Under the pieces are notes generated by a model. It was not told where the DNA came from, made no database searches, and saw only the letters and a list, made by a program, of their open reading frames with translations. DNA of 63,509 nt, counting the filler. It is 10 parts of 10 records of this genome, joined end to end, with 100 filler letters (N's around TTAATTAATTAA, not from the genome) between each part and the next. Parts side by side here need not be neighbours in the genome. Positions count along the whole stretch, not along the records: positions 19,166 to 26,131 come from SRR31156797_9574; positions 26,232 to 31,932 come from SRR31156797_9586; 8 more parts are not named here. One strand, 5' to 3'. Shown piece by piece: positions 19,646-29,796 of the stretch; the first letter of the stretch is position 1; each line of letters begins with the position of its first letter. The position numbers and the translations under genes are program-made.

Positions 19646-21472
19646 ATGAAGAGTTTGCTAAAATTTATAACTTGCGGATCTGTTGATGATGGGAAGTCAA
19701 CTTTAATCGGACACTTACTTTATGACGCCAAACTTCTTTTTGCAGATCAAAAAAGAGCGTTAGAACTTGATAGTAAAGTAGGAAGCAGAGAAGGAGAGAT
19801 TGATTACTCTTTACTACTTGATGGCTTAACTGCTGAAAGGGAACAAGGAATAACTATAGATGTAGCATATAGGTATTTTACAACTGATAATAGATCGTTT
19901 ATCGTAGCAGATACTCCGGGGCATGAGCAATATACGAGAAATATGGCTGTAGGAGCTTCCTTTGCAGATTTAGCAATAATCCTTGTTGATGCAACTCAGG
20001 GAGTATTAGTACAAACTAAAAGGCATGCAAGAATATGTGCTTTAATGGGGATAAAGCATTTTGTATTAGCAGTGAATAAAATGGACTTACTTCATTATGA
20101 TAAACATCGTTTTGAGGAGATTAAACAAAGTTTCTTGGAATTAACAGCTGGTTTTGAGTTGAAGAGTATTCAAGTAATTCCTATGTCTGCAACAGAAGGG
20201 GATAACATTACAAAAAAATCTATTAATACTCTCTGGTATGAAGGGGAAGCCCTTTTGCCTTATTTAGAAAATCTAGATATGGTAGAAGAGGAGAGTAAAG
20301 GTTTTGTAATGCCCATTCAGAGAGTTTGTAGACCTAATCATAATTTCAGAGGCTTTCAAGGTCAAATTGAATCAGGTGAAATAACGCTTGGAGATGAAGT
20401 AAAAGTATTGCCAAGTAAAGAGACTGCAAAGATAAAAAGTATATTAATTGGTGATGCAAATAATGAAACGGCTCAATTAGGACAGCCGGTAACATTGGAA
20501 TTAGATAAAGAGATAGATGCTTCAAGAGGAGCTGTTTTTACTAAAAAATCAGATGTTGAAATAGCAGATATGTTCACAGCGTCTATTTTATGGATGGATG
20601 ACATTGAACTAGTAGAAGGAAGAAACTACCTAGTAAAAATAGGAACTAAACTTTTACCGGCAACAATTATGAATATCAAGTATAAAATAGATGTGAATAC
20701 CGGAAAGCATCTTCCGGCAGAGAAACTTTTTAAAAATGAGATTGCTATTTGCGATATTTCGTTATCAGAAAATATTGTTTTTGATAAATTTAAAAACAAT
20801 GGAGCATTAGGAAGTTTTATTTTAATGGACAGAGTAAGTAACATGACTTCAGCTTGTGGTGTAGTTGAGCATTCACTGCGTAGATCAACTAATGTAGTTT
20901 GGCAGGAAACAGATATTACTAAAGAGATTCGTTCAAAACAGAAAATGCAAGCCCCAATTACTGTTTGGTTTACTGGTTTATCTGGCTCTGGAAAATCGAC
21001 ACTTGCAAATGAACTTGAAAAGAAACTGGTAGCTCTTGGAAAACATACAATGCTTCTTGATGGTGATAATGTAAGACATGGTTTAAATAAAAATTTAGGA
21101 TTTAAAGAAGTAGATAGAGTAGAAAATATCAGAAGAATAGCTGAAGTATCAAAATTGATGAATGATGCTGGTTTAATCACAATAACATCATTTATCTCTC
21201 CATACAAAAATGATAGAGAAAATGCAAAAGAAATAATAGGAGATAATTTTATTGAAATATTTGTGAGTACTCCTTTAGAAGAGTGTGAAAGAAGAGATGT
21301 CAAAGGTCTTTATAAAAAGGCTAGAGCAGGAGAAATACCTAATTTCACAGGAATATCGAGTCCGTATGAAAAACCAGATAAGCCATTTTTGGAAATAGAT
21401 ACATCAAAGATGTCTTTAGATACTGCTGTTAATTTGATAGTTAGTGAAATTTCAAATAAGTTAGAGATATAA
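19646..21472 (+). CDS. cysNC: Bifunctional sulfate adenylyltransferase subunit 1 / APS kinase
   Basis: TCGSVDDGKSTLIG, EREQGITIDVAYRYF, DTPGHEQY; C-terminal WFTGLSGSGKST and LDGDNVRHGL. Confidence 0.96.
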   Translation: MKSLLKFITCGSVDDGKSTLIGHLLYDAKLLFADQKRALELDSKVGSREGEIDYSLLLDGLTAEREQGITIDVAYRYFTTDNRSFIVADTPGHEQYTRNMAVGASFADLAIILVDATQGVLVQTKRHARICALMGIKHFVLAVNKMDLLHYDKHRFEEIKQSFLELTAGFELKSIQVIPMSATEGDNITKKSINTLWYEGEALLPYLENLDMVEEESKGFVMPIQRVCRPNHNFRGFQGQIESGEITLGDEVKVLPSKETAKIKSILIGDANNETAQLGQPVTLELDKEIDASRGAVFTKKSDVEIADMFTASILWMDDIELVEGRNYLVKIGTKLLPATIMNIKYKIDVNTGKHLPAEKLFKNEIAICDISLSENIVFDKFKNNGALGSFILMDRVSNMTSACGVVEHSLRRSTNVVWQETDITKEIRSKQKMQAPITVWFTGLSGSGKSTLANELEKKLVALGKHTMLLDGDNVRHGLNKNLGFKEVDRVENIRRIAEVSKLMNDAGLITITSFISPYKNDRENAKEIIGDNFIEIFVSTPLEECERRDVKGLYKKARAGEIPNFTGISSPYEKPDKPFLEIDTSKMSLDTAVNLIVSEISNKLEI

Positions 21473-21473
21473 T

Positions 21474-21501
21474 AAAAAGGCAGATTAATTTCTGCCTTTT
21501 A
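21474..21501. terminator. Bidirectional intrinsic terminator
   Basis: AAAAGGCAGA-ttaatt-TCTGCCTTTT between convergent genes. Confidence 0.85.
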
Positions 21502-21517
21502 AATTTATTAGGATAAT

Positions 21518-22987
21518 TTAATTTTTTATTTGATTTCTACCATCATGTTTTGCTTGATATAATTTTTTATCAGCTCTATCAATTATTGAATGAACAGTAT
21601 CTTCGTTTGTGCAGACAGAAATACCTCCACTAATAGTTACATTCAGATCAAGTTTTTCAAATTGATAACTTTCAAATGCTCTTCGAATTTTTTCAGCTAC
21701 TATTATTGCACCTTCTATTGATGTTTTAGGAAGTACAATGATAAATTCCTCACCACCGTAGCGGCCAACAAGATCTTCATCTCTTGTATTATCTTGTAAA
21801 ATCTGTGCACTTACTCTCAGAACTTCATCACCAACTAAATGACCAAATGTATCATTAACATTTTTAAATCGATCCAGATCAAGGAGTATCATACTAAGAT
21901 GAGTATCGTTTTCTTTTGCATCATGTATTTTTTCGCTTAACTCACTTACAATAGATTTGTGATTCTGTAAACCTGTTAAACCATCCATTTGAAGTAATTT
22001 GTTTAATTTTTTATTTGCTGCTTCAAGTTCACTTGTTCTTTCATGGACTAACGATTCAAGTTTCTTTTTGTTATCTTTTAAGAAAATTTCTACTTTTTTC
22101 TGTGCTGTAATATCTTTAATTGTTGCTAAAATTTTAATTGATCCAAAATAATCGACTTTAGCAGCACTAAAAATAATCCTTATTTTTTGCTGTGTTGTTT
22201 GATGAACCAGATCAGTTTCAAAAGCAATACTATCAACTTCATCAAATATTAAATCTAAAAAATGTCGAGATATTTTATCGTAATGATCTTTGTCGATATA
22301 GGTTTCGAATTTTTCACCAAGTATTTCCTCTGACGAAACTCCAATCATCTCTAAAAATATATTATTGACTTCTTCAATTCGGTTATTTCCTAAGATAATT
22401 AACCCGTCTTGTATATTCATTGCAATCAATCTATATTTTTCTTCTGATTTTTCAACCTCTTCCAAATTTTCCTCATAAGTATCCATAATTCCATTTACCC
22501 ATTTAACTAAAAAGAAAATAATAGTAAATACGGCATTAATAAACATTAAAAAACGAAGAAAAAGAAAATTATTTATCTCTTGAATCAAAATATATTGGGA
22601 GTTAATAATGTATATACTTAGTAATACGAACATAGAAATAGAATGGTATAAAACTAAAATATGCCTATTTAAAAACAAAGCAGAACACACAAGTGCCAGA
22701 AAAAAAATAGGTAAAATTACTGTTGGAGAGTATGTCTTGGTAAGAATAGAGATACCTAAAATTGCTGGATATGTAAATGATAAAAAATATACTTTGAATT
22801 TTGCATTTGTTTTCTTAGAAAAATAGATATAATTAAGTGAAGCAAGGATTAAGGACATAAAAAAAGTAGGGATAAAAAATCCCTTAAAGAAAAATAACAC
22901 AATAAAAAAAAATAATAATATATTTAAAACAACCAAATTAAGCTTTAAAGCTTGTGCTCTTGTATTCATCGATCTCACTTCTATCAT
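21518..22987 (-). CDS. Membrane-bound PAS-GGDEF diguanylate cyclase
   Basis: N-terminal TM region, PAS domain, DGLTGL, RDED I-site, GRYGGEEF active site; GAGGTG RBS before ATG 22987. Confidence 0.9.
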   Translation of the reverse strand: MIEVRSMNTRAQALKLNLVVLNILLFFFIVLFFFKGFFIPTFFMSLILASLNYIYFSKKTNAKFKVYFLSFTYPAILGISILTKTYSPTVILPIFFLALVCSALFLNRHILVLYHSISMFVLLSIYIINSQYILIQEINNFLFLRFLMFINAVFTIIFFLVKWVNGIMDTYEENLEEVEKSEEKYRLIAMNIQDGLIILGNNRIEEVNNIFLEMIGVSSEEILGEKFETYIDKDHYDKISRHFLDLIFDEVDSIAFETDLVHQTTQQKIRIIFSAAKVDYFGSIKILATIKDITAQKKVEIFLKDNKKKLESLVHERTSELEAANKKLNKLLQMDGLTGLQNHKSIVSELSEKIHDAKENDTHLSMILLDLDRFKNVNDTFGHLVGDEVLRVSAQILQDNTRDEDLVGRYGGEEFIIVLPKTSIEGAIIVAEKIRRAFESYQFEKLDLNVTISGGISVCTNEDTVHSIIDRADKKLYQAKHDGRNQIKN

Positions 22988-23324
22988 ATGAATCACCTCT
23001 ATTGTTTTTTTAGTTGAATGTTTTACCCAACTCGGTATAGAAAAATAATAATAAGTCTTAGCTATATTTTAACTATTATATTCAGAAAAATCAATATTTA
23101 AATAGAATTTTTTTATTATATGAAAAATTGTAGATTTGATTATTTTGAAACTTGCTTAATAGAATATAAAATTTTATACGTTATTTTCTTTATTTTCCTT
23201 TTGAATTAATGATTTTTATTTAAAATCTGGTAGTTTTTTACTAAAAAGTTATGGATAATCTAGTGTAAAGCTCTTTGAAAAGATATGTATTGTGTGATAT
23301 AATATTTCTCAGAGGTGAAAGAAA

Positions 23325-24560
23325 TTGCATTTATTTTTAACTGAAGGAATGGGATGGATAGAAGTAGTTACAGGGAGCATGTTTTCTGGAAAAAGTGAAG
23401 AATTAATCAGAAGATTAAGAAGAGCAAAATATGCTAATCAAAAGGTAGTAGCATTTAAACATTCTAGTGATAAAAGATATGATGCTGAGAAATTAGCATC
23501 ACATAATAAAAACTTTATTGAAGCGATACCAGTAAAAAATGTAGCTGAGATGGAGCAATTATTATTAACAAAATATAGAGATACAGAAATTATAGGAATA
23601 GATGAAGTTCAATTTTTTGGAGAAGAAGTTGTTGAACTTTTAGAAAAAATTGCAAATATGGGTAAAAGAATTATTGTTGCAGGTCTTGATCAAGACTTTA
23701 GAGGTGAACCATTTCATCCGATGCCTGAAATATTATCAAAAGCAGAATATGTTGATAAACTTAGTGCAATTTGTATGTCTTGTGGTAATCCTGCATCAAG
23801 AACTCAAAGATTAGTAAATGGAGAACCGGCATATTATGATGATCCTATTATAATGGTTGGAGCTGCTGAAAGTTATGAAGCCAGATGCAGAAAATGCCAT
23901 GTTATAAAAAGAAGAGAGTGCACAGATGGAAAGCTTTATTTTATAGTAGGGACAAATACAGAAATAGGAAAAACTGTTTCTACAATGGAGTTAATAAAAG
24001 AAGAGATCGCAAAAGGAAAAAAAGTTGCAGTATTAAAACCTGTTGAAACAGGAAAAGAGTTATTTGATGAAGAGTTAAATGGTTCTGACACTAAATATTA
24101 TGCTGACTTAATGAAAAAAGATGTTTCTGAAATAAATGAATATTTTTATACTAAGCCATTATCTCCACACTTGGCAGCAAAATATGATAATAGTGAAATC
24201 AATTTAGATAGAATAAAAAATAAAATAAACAGTGTATTAAAAGAAAATGATGTTGTATTTGTTGAAGGTGCAGGAGGGCTTTTAGTACCTTATAAAGATG
24301 AATATACATATTTAAGTTTATTAGCTGATTTTAGACAAAGAGCAGAAGCGATAATTATTTCAGCAAATACTTTGGGAACTATAAATCATACTCTTTTGAC
24401 AGTTGATGTTTTAAAAAGAAATGATATCAGAGTAAAAGGAATAGTTTATAATAATAAAGACAATATTCAAGATGAGGTTTTTTTGAGAGAAAATATAGAA
24501 ACAATAGAAAAATTTTCAAAACTACCTACATTAAAAAGAATTGAGTTTAAAGGAGTATAA
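23325..24560 (+). CDS. tdk: Thymidine kinase fused to dethiobiotin synthase (Tdk-BioD)
   Basis: N half: [36 protein letters not shown]...YEARCRKC. C half: [44 protein letters not shown]. Single uninterrupted frame; TTG start with GAGGTG RBS. Confidence 0.9.
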   Translation: MHLFLTEGMGWIEVVTGSMFSGKSEELIRRLRRAKYANQKVVAFKHSSDKRYDAEKLASHNKNFIEAIPVKNVAEMEQLLLTKYRDTEIIGIDEVQFFGEEVVELLEKIANMGKRIIVAGLDQDFRGEPFHPMPEILSKAEYVDKLSAICMSCGNPASRTQRLVNGEPAYYDDPIIMVGAAESYEARCRKCHVIKRRECTDGKLYFIVGTNTEIGKTVSTMELIKEEIAKGKKVAVLKPVETGKELFDEELNGSDTKYYADLMKKDVSEINEYFYTKPLSPHLAAKYDNSEINLDRIKNKINSVLKENDVVFVEGAGGLLVPYKDEYTYLSLLADFRQRAEAIIISANTLGTINHTLLTVDVLKRNDIRVKGIVYNNKDNIQDEVFLRENIETIEKFSKLPTLKRIEFKGV

Positions 24561-25405
24561 TGGATATTAGAAAACTTGAAAAAACTAAAAAATTCGGATA
24601 TCTATTTTGGATCTCTTATAATGGATTAAAATTTGATTCTTTTGACGAGAATAAAACTAAAAAATCTGTAAAAGGTGAGTTTATAAAAAAAATGAACGAA
24701 CTTGGATTAACTTGGGCAAAAGGAGTTCAACAAGCTGGAAGAACAGATGCTAAAGTTAGTGCGAATGAGAATATTTTATATATTAGTTCATCTTATTCAG
24801 AAAATTTAGATAAACTAATAGCTAGATTTAACAAGGAAATGAAGGATCTTAAAATAATAAAAATAGAAAAGACTCTTCCTGACTTAGTTTTGCCTGAAAT
24901 GGTTGAATCTAGAGAGTATAAATACACTTATCCTAGTGATAAAATATTAATAAATAAAGAACAGATAGAATCGAATTGTAAGAAATTAAGCGGAACTTAT
25001 GATGTAAGTGAATATACAGATGTTAAAGGGCTTAAATTAAAAGAAAAAATTCGAACTGTAAATGTTGAATATTTAGATAATGCAGTTTTGTACTTTAAAG
25101 GGAACTCTTTTATGCCTAGACAAGTCAGAATTATGTCTGGCTATATTTTCTCAGGTGAGAAAAAAGTATTTCCTGCAAAATATCTTTCTTTGTTTAAAAT
25201 AAATATTAAGTCAGAGTTTGAAGAGTTGTATATAAAAGAAATTAAAGATATTAATATAGATAATGTTGAAAAAATAGAGAAAATTAGAGAAGTTTATATA
25301 TTTTATGTTAAAAATGAAAACAAAAGCCAAATGATAGGGAAAAGAGGTAAAAATATAAAAAAACTTCGTAAAGAGTTTGGTGAAATTGTTATTAAAGGGG
25401 TCTAA
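24560..25405 (+). CDS. Short TruA-like pseudouridine synthase with C-terminal KH-like module
   Basis: ISYNG, AGRTDAKVSA (catalytic Asp motif), REYKY, GNSFMPRQVRIM; tail MIGKRGKNIKKLRKEFGEIVIK has a KH GxxG loop. Confidence 0.75.
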   Translation: MDIRKLEKTKKFGYLFWISYNGLKFDSFDENKTKKSVKGEFIKKMNELGLTWAKGVQQAGRTDAKVSANENILYISSSYSENLDKLIARFNKEMKDLKIIKIEKTLPDLVLPEMVESREYKYTYPSDKILINKEQIESNCKKLSGTYDVSEYTDVKGLKLKEKIRTVNVEYLDNAVLYFKGNSFMPRQVRIMSGYIFSGEKKVFPAKYLSLFKINIKSEFEELYIKEIKDINIDNVEKIEKIREVYIFYVKNENKSQMIGKRGKNIKKLRKEFGEIVIKGV

Positions 25406-25408
25406 ATT

Positions 25409-25837
25409 ATGTTTTACAGGTTAAAACAAGTATTAAATCATGTTTTTCCAAATATAAGAGAGGAAGACTTAGAATTTGCGAATACATATTTAAAGGATAA
25501 AGAGAGAAAATATTTTGAAAAGATGTCTGCATATGATAAGCGGCATTCAATAAATGTTTTAAAAAATGTTTTAGAAAGTGAACTTTTAAGAAATGATACT
25601 CAGTATTATAGATTAGCTCTTTTACATGATTGTGGAAAACCTTCAAGGACAACTTTTTTTCAAAGAGTGTACTATGTTTTTACTAAAAAGGGTCCTTTAC
25701 AATTTCATGCAAAGCGTGGATTTGAAATGTTGAAAAATCATGATTACAAGCTGGCTTTACTTGTATTAAAGCATCATAACAAAAATATTCAAAATGATAA
25801 ACTGATAGAATTTCAAAAAATTGATGATAAAAATTAG
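25409..25837 (+). CDS. HD-domain protein
   Basis: DKRHS...ALLHDCGK...HAKRG...LKHH...DDKN motifs. Confidence 0.85.
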   Translation: MFYRLKQVLNHVFPNIREEDLEFANTYLKDKERKYFEKMSAYDKRHSINVLKNVLESELLRNDTQYYRLALLHDCGKPSRTTFFQRVYYVFTKKGPLQFHAKRGFEMLKNHDYKLALLVLKHHNKNIQNDKLIEFQKIDDKN

Positions 25838-25863
25838 CAGTCGATTTTAACTGCTAATTTTTT
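25829..25863 (+). terminator. Intrinsic terminator
   Basis: AAAAATTAGCAGT-cgatttta-ACTGCTAATTTTTT inverted repeat overlapping the HD stop codon. Confidence 0.75.
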
Positions 25864-25915
25864 AATGATAAATTAATAATTATGTTTTATTAAAAATAAG
25901 GAGAAAGAAAATAAA

Positions 25916-26131
25916 ATGGTAAATATTGAAAAATATTTGTTAAATGTTGAGAAACCGGCACAATATTTAGGAAATGAACTTAATAGCGTACATAAAAAAG
26001 ATTTTAAAGCAAATATGTGTCTTGTGTTTCCGGATTTATATGAGATTGGAATGTCAAATTTAGGAATTAAAATCCTTTATTATATAGCGAATAAAGTAGA
26101 TGGTTTTTTTATGGAGAGAGCATTTTCTCCA
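25916..26131 (+). CDS. TIGR03960-type B12-binding radical SAM protein (3' truncated)
   Basis: VEKPAQYLGNELNSVHK...FPDLYEIGMSNLG...ERAFSP is the characteristic N-terminus. Confidence 0.85.
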
Positions 26132-26231
26132 NNNNNNNNNNNNNNNNNNNNNNNNNNNNNNNNNNNNNNNNNNNNTTAATTAATTAANNNNNNNNNNNNN
26201 NNNNNNNNNNNNNNNNNNNNNNNNNNNNNNN
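26132..26231. other. Artificial contig spacer 4
   Basis: 44N-TTAATTAATTAA-44N. Confidence 0.98.
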
Positions 26232-26589
26232 TTGAAACAGGTTTTAAAATAATTTGTCTGTTTCTAATTTCATAATCTACATGTGCCGCATCGCAAATGC
26301 TTTCCAGTACATCGTTAATTGTTACATCTTCTAAATTAATAGAATACTTTTGTGAGAGGTCGAAGAGTTCGTCTTGATATAAAAAAATGAACTCGGTCTC
26401 GTTTTCAATAGTTTCGATAATTTGCTGAATAGATGCACTCTCGAATTCCAACGATATTTTACTTTGTGAAAAACTTTTCCCAAAAGAGAAAAATACCAAA
26501 AATGATAGGATAAGAGTAAGTTTCATTTTCAAAAGTTTTAACCTCATGTTTCCCACATCGGGAAAACATAATTCTCGATTTTTTTTCAT
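26232..26589 (-). CDS. SusC-like TonB-dependent receptor with N-terminal STN signalling domain (3' truncated)
   Basis: MKLTLIL signal peptide, IENETEFIFLY and YEIRNRQIIL STN motifs; lies downstream of fecR. Confidence 0.82.
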
Positions 26590-26644
26590 AAGTTTGAATT
26601 GTTAAATTGTTAAATTGTTTATTACATTAAATGTTTAACATCAG

Positions 26645-26675
26645 AACCGGAGAGTGGTCTAGACTTTCCGGTTTT
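26645..26675 (-). promoter_or_regulatory. Hairpin between fecR and susC
   Basis: AACCGGAGAGT...ACTTTCCGGTT inverted repeat; function not determinable from sequence. Confidence 0.45.
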
Positions 26676-26678
26676 TCT

Positions 26679-27872
26679 TTACCGTTTTGTTACTTCATAA
26701 AAATTCTCTCCTTTCTTTTCAATTTTTACGGTGGCGGCGGTAGCTAAACTCTGAAGCACTTCTTCGCGTTCATCCTGTAGGTCGAGTTTTCCGGAAATTT
26801 TAAGAATACTAAGTAATACATCGTCGAAGCGTACCTGAATGTTATAAAACCGTTCAAGTTTCTTAGTAATTCTATTCAAATCGGCGCTTTCAAATTTTAG
26901 AATTCCTTCCTGCCACAAAGTATAATTTTCTATATCTACTTCTTTTACTTCTATTTCGCGAAGCGTTCTGTTAAATGTTGCTTTTTGGTTGGGGTAAATA
27001 TCAATTGATTTGTCAAAGAAACTGGATTGATTTTGCCTGATTCGTACCTTTCCTTCGGTAAGTACAGTTTCATATGCATTATCGCTGGTATAAGCCGAAA
27101 TGTTAAATTTTGTTCCCAGAACTTCAACGTTTATTTCGGTTGTTTGAACAACAAACGGGTGTTCTTTGTCTTGGACTACTTCAAAATAAGCTTCTCCCAA
27201 AAGAAAGACTTCTCTTTTTTCTTGTGAAAAAACATCGGGGTATACTAATTTACTTCCTGCATTAAGTGTAACTTTTGTTCCATCGGGCAAGGTAAGGTTT
27301 GTCATCTTCCCATAAGGAATAATTAACTGATTCAGGTCGTTTTTAACATTATCTGTTTTGGTTTGTGACTCCAGAACTTTATTATTTATATAAACTTGTC
27401 CGTCTTCTTTATATTCGATTATCGAATTTTCTTCTTCAATAATTAGGTTTTCACCGTCGGAACGAATTAATTGTGCATTGTTATTTGATGAAGGTTCTGA
27501 AAAATTTTCAGTGTAAAACTTACGGTTCAGGTTATCTTTTTTATAAAACATAACTACTCCCAATGAAAAGAAAAGTATCGCAACCGCAGCATATCGGGAG
27601 AGTACTAAAATTGGTTTTAACCTTTTTATGCGCTTGTTTTTGGTTTCAATACTTTTAAGAATATTGGAAAACAGTATTATTTTATCATCAAAATTAAGCT
27701 GTTTATCACGAGTGTGAAACTGATGAAGAATATTACGGGCTAACTGAATATTTTCTTTCTCTTGCGGATTCTCCAATTCAAAAACTTCCCACCATTTTTC
27801 TAATTCGGGTGTTGGATTAAATATCCATTGTGCGAAGTTTTTATCTTCCAGATACTTGCTGATTTTTTCCAT
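26679..27872 (-). CDS. FecR-family anti-sigma factor
   Basis: LPDGTKVTLNAGSKLVYP, REVFLLGEAYFEV and VLGTKFNI motifs. Confidence 0.93.
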   Translation of the reverse strand: MEKISKYLEDKNFAQWIFNPTPELEKWWEVFELENPQEKENIQLARNILHQFHTRDKQLNFDDKIILFSNILKSIETKNKRIKRLKPILVLSRYAAVAILFFSLGVVMFYKKDNLNRKFYTENFSEPSSNNNAQLIRSDGENLIIEEENSIIEYKEDGQVYINNKVLESQTKTDNVKNDLNQLIIPYGKMTNLTLPDGTKVTLNAGSKLVYPDVFSQEKREVFLLGEAYFEVVQDKEHPFVVQTTEINVEVLGTKFNISAYTSDNAYETVLTEGKVRIRQNQSSFFDKSIDIYPNQKATFNRTLREIEVKEVDIENYTLWQEGILKFESADLNRITKKLERFYNIQVRFDDVLLSILKISGKLDLQDEREEVLQSLATAATVKIEKKGENFYEVTKR

Positions 27873-27978
27873 CTAAAAAGTCTGCTTTCCTTAAAAGGAA
27901 ACAAACCATTAAAATATGGACAGATTTTTTAGTTTTTTTGAGTATTTTTTGGAAAATAAGATTTAATTAGCTGAAAAT

Positions 27979-28593
27979 CTATCGATTATTGTATTCGACT
28001 TTTTTAAATAAAAAGTAAAAAAGTATAATATTTTCCGAATTCAAAATAGTTTTGATAGCTTTTAAAGCACGGTAAACTTGTTTTCGTGCGGTTTCAACAG
28101 TTACATTTAAAACTTTCGCAACTTCTTTATATTCCATTGCCTGGTTGTACCGCAAATAAACAGCTTCTTTTTGTTTCGATGGTAACTGGCTTAATAATTT
28201 GGCAATTTTTTTGTCGAGTTCTTCTTTCTGCTCAGAATCTATAATTTGGTGTTCTATGCTGTATTCAGGTTCAAATTCGATCTCATTTGTATTCTCGGTA
28301 AATTTTCGGCTTTTTTTAATCCGTTTTATAAGGTTGCGTTTTAATGCCAGAATTAAATAGAACTTAAGGTTTTTTGGATTGGTCTTATTGGAATTTCTCT
28401 TTATATATAAATCGAGAAAAATTTCCTGAATGGCATCTTTTACCGAATCTTCATCGATTAAAATATTAGTACCATAATGAAAAAGATCGTCGATGTGAAG
28501 ATTGTAAAAATAGGCAAATGCATCTTTATTTCCAGCCAGAAAAGCCTTCCATTTAAGTTCAATTTGGTTATTATTATTTAATGGCTTGTTCAA
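27979..28593 (-). CDS. ECF RNA polymerase sigma factor
   Basis: DAIQEIFLDL region 2; LPSKQKEAVYLRY...YKEVAKVLNV region 4. Confidence 0.92.
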   Translation of the reverse strand: MNKPLNNNNQIELKWKAFLAGNKDAFAYFYNLHIDDLFHYGTNILIDEDSVKDAIQEIFLDLYIKRNSNKTNPKNLKFYLILALKRNLIKRIKKSRKFTENTNEIEFEPEYSIEHQIIDSEQKEELDKKIAKLLSQLPSKQKEAVYLRYNQAMEYKEVAKVLNVTVETARKQVYRALKAIKTILNSENIILFYFLFKKVEYNNR

Positions 28594-28616
28594 TTATTAT
28601 TGTCTATTGCTTTCTG

Positions 28617-28624
28617 CAAATATA
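28617..28624 (-). promoter_or_regulatory. Bacteroidota -7 promoter element upstream of the ECF sigma gene
   Basis: TATATTTG on the minus strand. Confidence 0.5.
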
Positions 28625-28775
28625 TTAATCCAAATAAGTAATCCAACTATTCAATTGCTATTCTCTTATTTCAATTTGAAATTATATTTATATATAATAA
28701 GTGGAGTAATTGAACTATTGTTAATAAAGTTTTATTTGTTAGGGGATTGTGATTTGTTGGAGGAAATGGGAATAA

Positions 28776-29702
28776 TTAAAGCAATTCTTTGTAGTTTAAA
28801 TTTATCATATATTGTTTAATGTGTTCATTTTCAGATTTGTTAAAAGAGTAAAATGGTTCAGTCATTATATCATTACAAATTCCTAAAAATGATAAAGCCG
28901 ATTTTATTCCGCGTAAATAACTTGATTCAGGATTGCCAATCGTGTAAATTGTTTGGTTAATTTGGTTAATTTTTTCCTGAAGTGCTTTTAATTTTTCAAG
29001 ATTACGTTCATTTGCTGCATTATATAAACCAACATACAATTTGGGAAAGAGGTTTGCACCACCATTTACACCACCATGTCCACCTGTAAGGAAAAATTCC
29101 GAGAGTGATTCTTCAGGGCCTGACAAAAAAGTAAAATTTGATTTTTCTTTTAAAAGATATTTAACCCGGTTCATATAAAAGCTGGAAAAAGTGGTGTCTT
29201 TTAATCCAATAATTCCTGGAATTTCTGCAGCTGTTTTTACAGTTTTCGGAGCAAATTCAACTTTTGTGTGCATCGGAATATTATATAAAAACAGGGGTAG
29301 CGGTAACTGTTGTGTCAAATGTTTTAAATAAGAAAGTAATTCTTCCTGGCTAGCGGAAAAGTAAAAAGGGGGGACTGTAACCACAGCGTCAGCTCCGCAG
29401 TTTGCTGCTTTTTTTGCCAGTTTTATACTTTCTGTAAATGAGCAATCCGAAATTCCAACCAAAACAGGAACTCTTTGGTTTACAAGTTTACAGGTATTTT
29501 CAATTAATTCGTATTTAATACTATAGTTTAATCCGGCAAATTCTCCTGTACTTCCCAAAACAAAAATTCCATGAACTCCACCTGAAATAACATGTTCAAT
29601 TAGTTTTTCCAGCCCTTCCAAATCAAGTGTGTCGTTATTTAGTAGTGGAGTAGCCAGCGGAGGAATTATTCCTCTTAGCGGTAGTTTTAAATTATTGTTC
29701 AT
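28776..29702 (-). CDS. Dihydrodipicolinate synthase / N-acetylneuraminate lyase family aldolase
   Basis: GIIPPLATP, LGSTGE, FLYNIP, IIGLKDT Schiff-base lysine. Confidence 0.9.
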   Translation of the reverse strand: MNNNLKLPLRGIIPPLATPLLNNDTLDLEGLEKLIEHVISGGVHGIFVLGSTGEFAGLNYSIKYELIENTCKLVNQRVPVLVGISDCSFTESIKLAKKAANCGADAVVTVPPFYFSASQEELLSYLKHLTQQLPLPLFLYNIPMHTKVEFAPKTVKTAAEIPGIIGLKDTTFSSFYMNRVKYLLKEKSNFTFLSGPEESLSEFFLTGGHGGVNGGANLFPKLYVGLYNAANERNLEKLKALQEKINQINQTIYTIGNPESSYLRGIKSALSFLGICNDIMTEPFYSFNKSENEHIKQYMINLNYKELL

Positions 29703-29796
29703 TAATGCTGGTTTACTATTTATAATAATTACCTTATTTAAAACATGCTAGTAGGTCGGGTTTACAAAAATAATCATCTAAATATGGTTCACTAAT

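Noticed and set aside
20626..21303. 225-aa minus-strand ORF inside cysNC
   Set aside because: Exact antisense of a strongly conserved gene; no independent coding signal.
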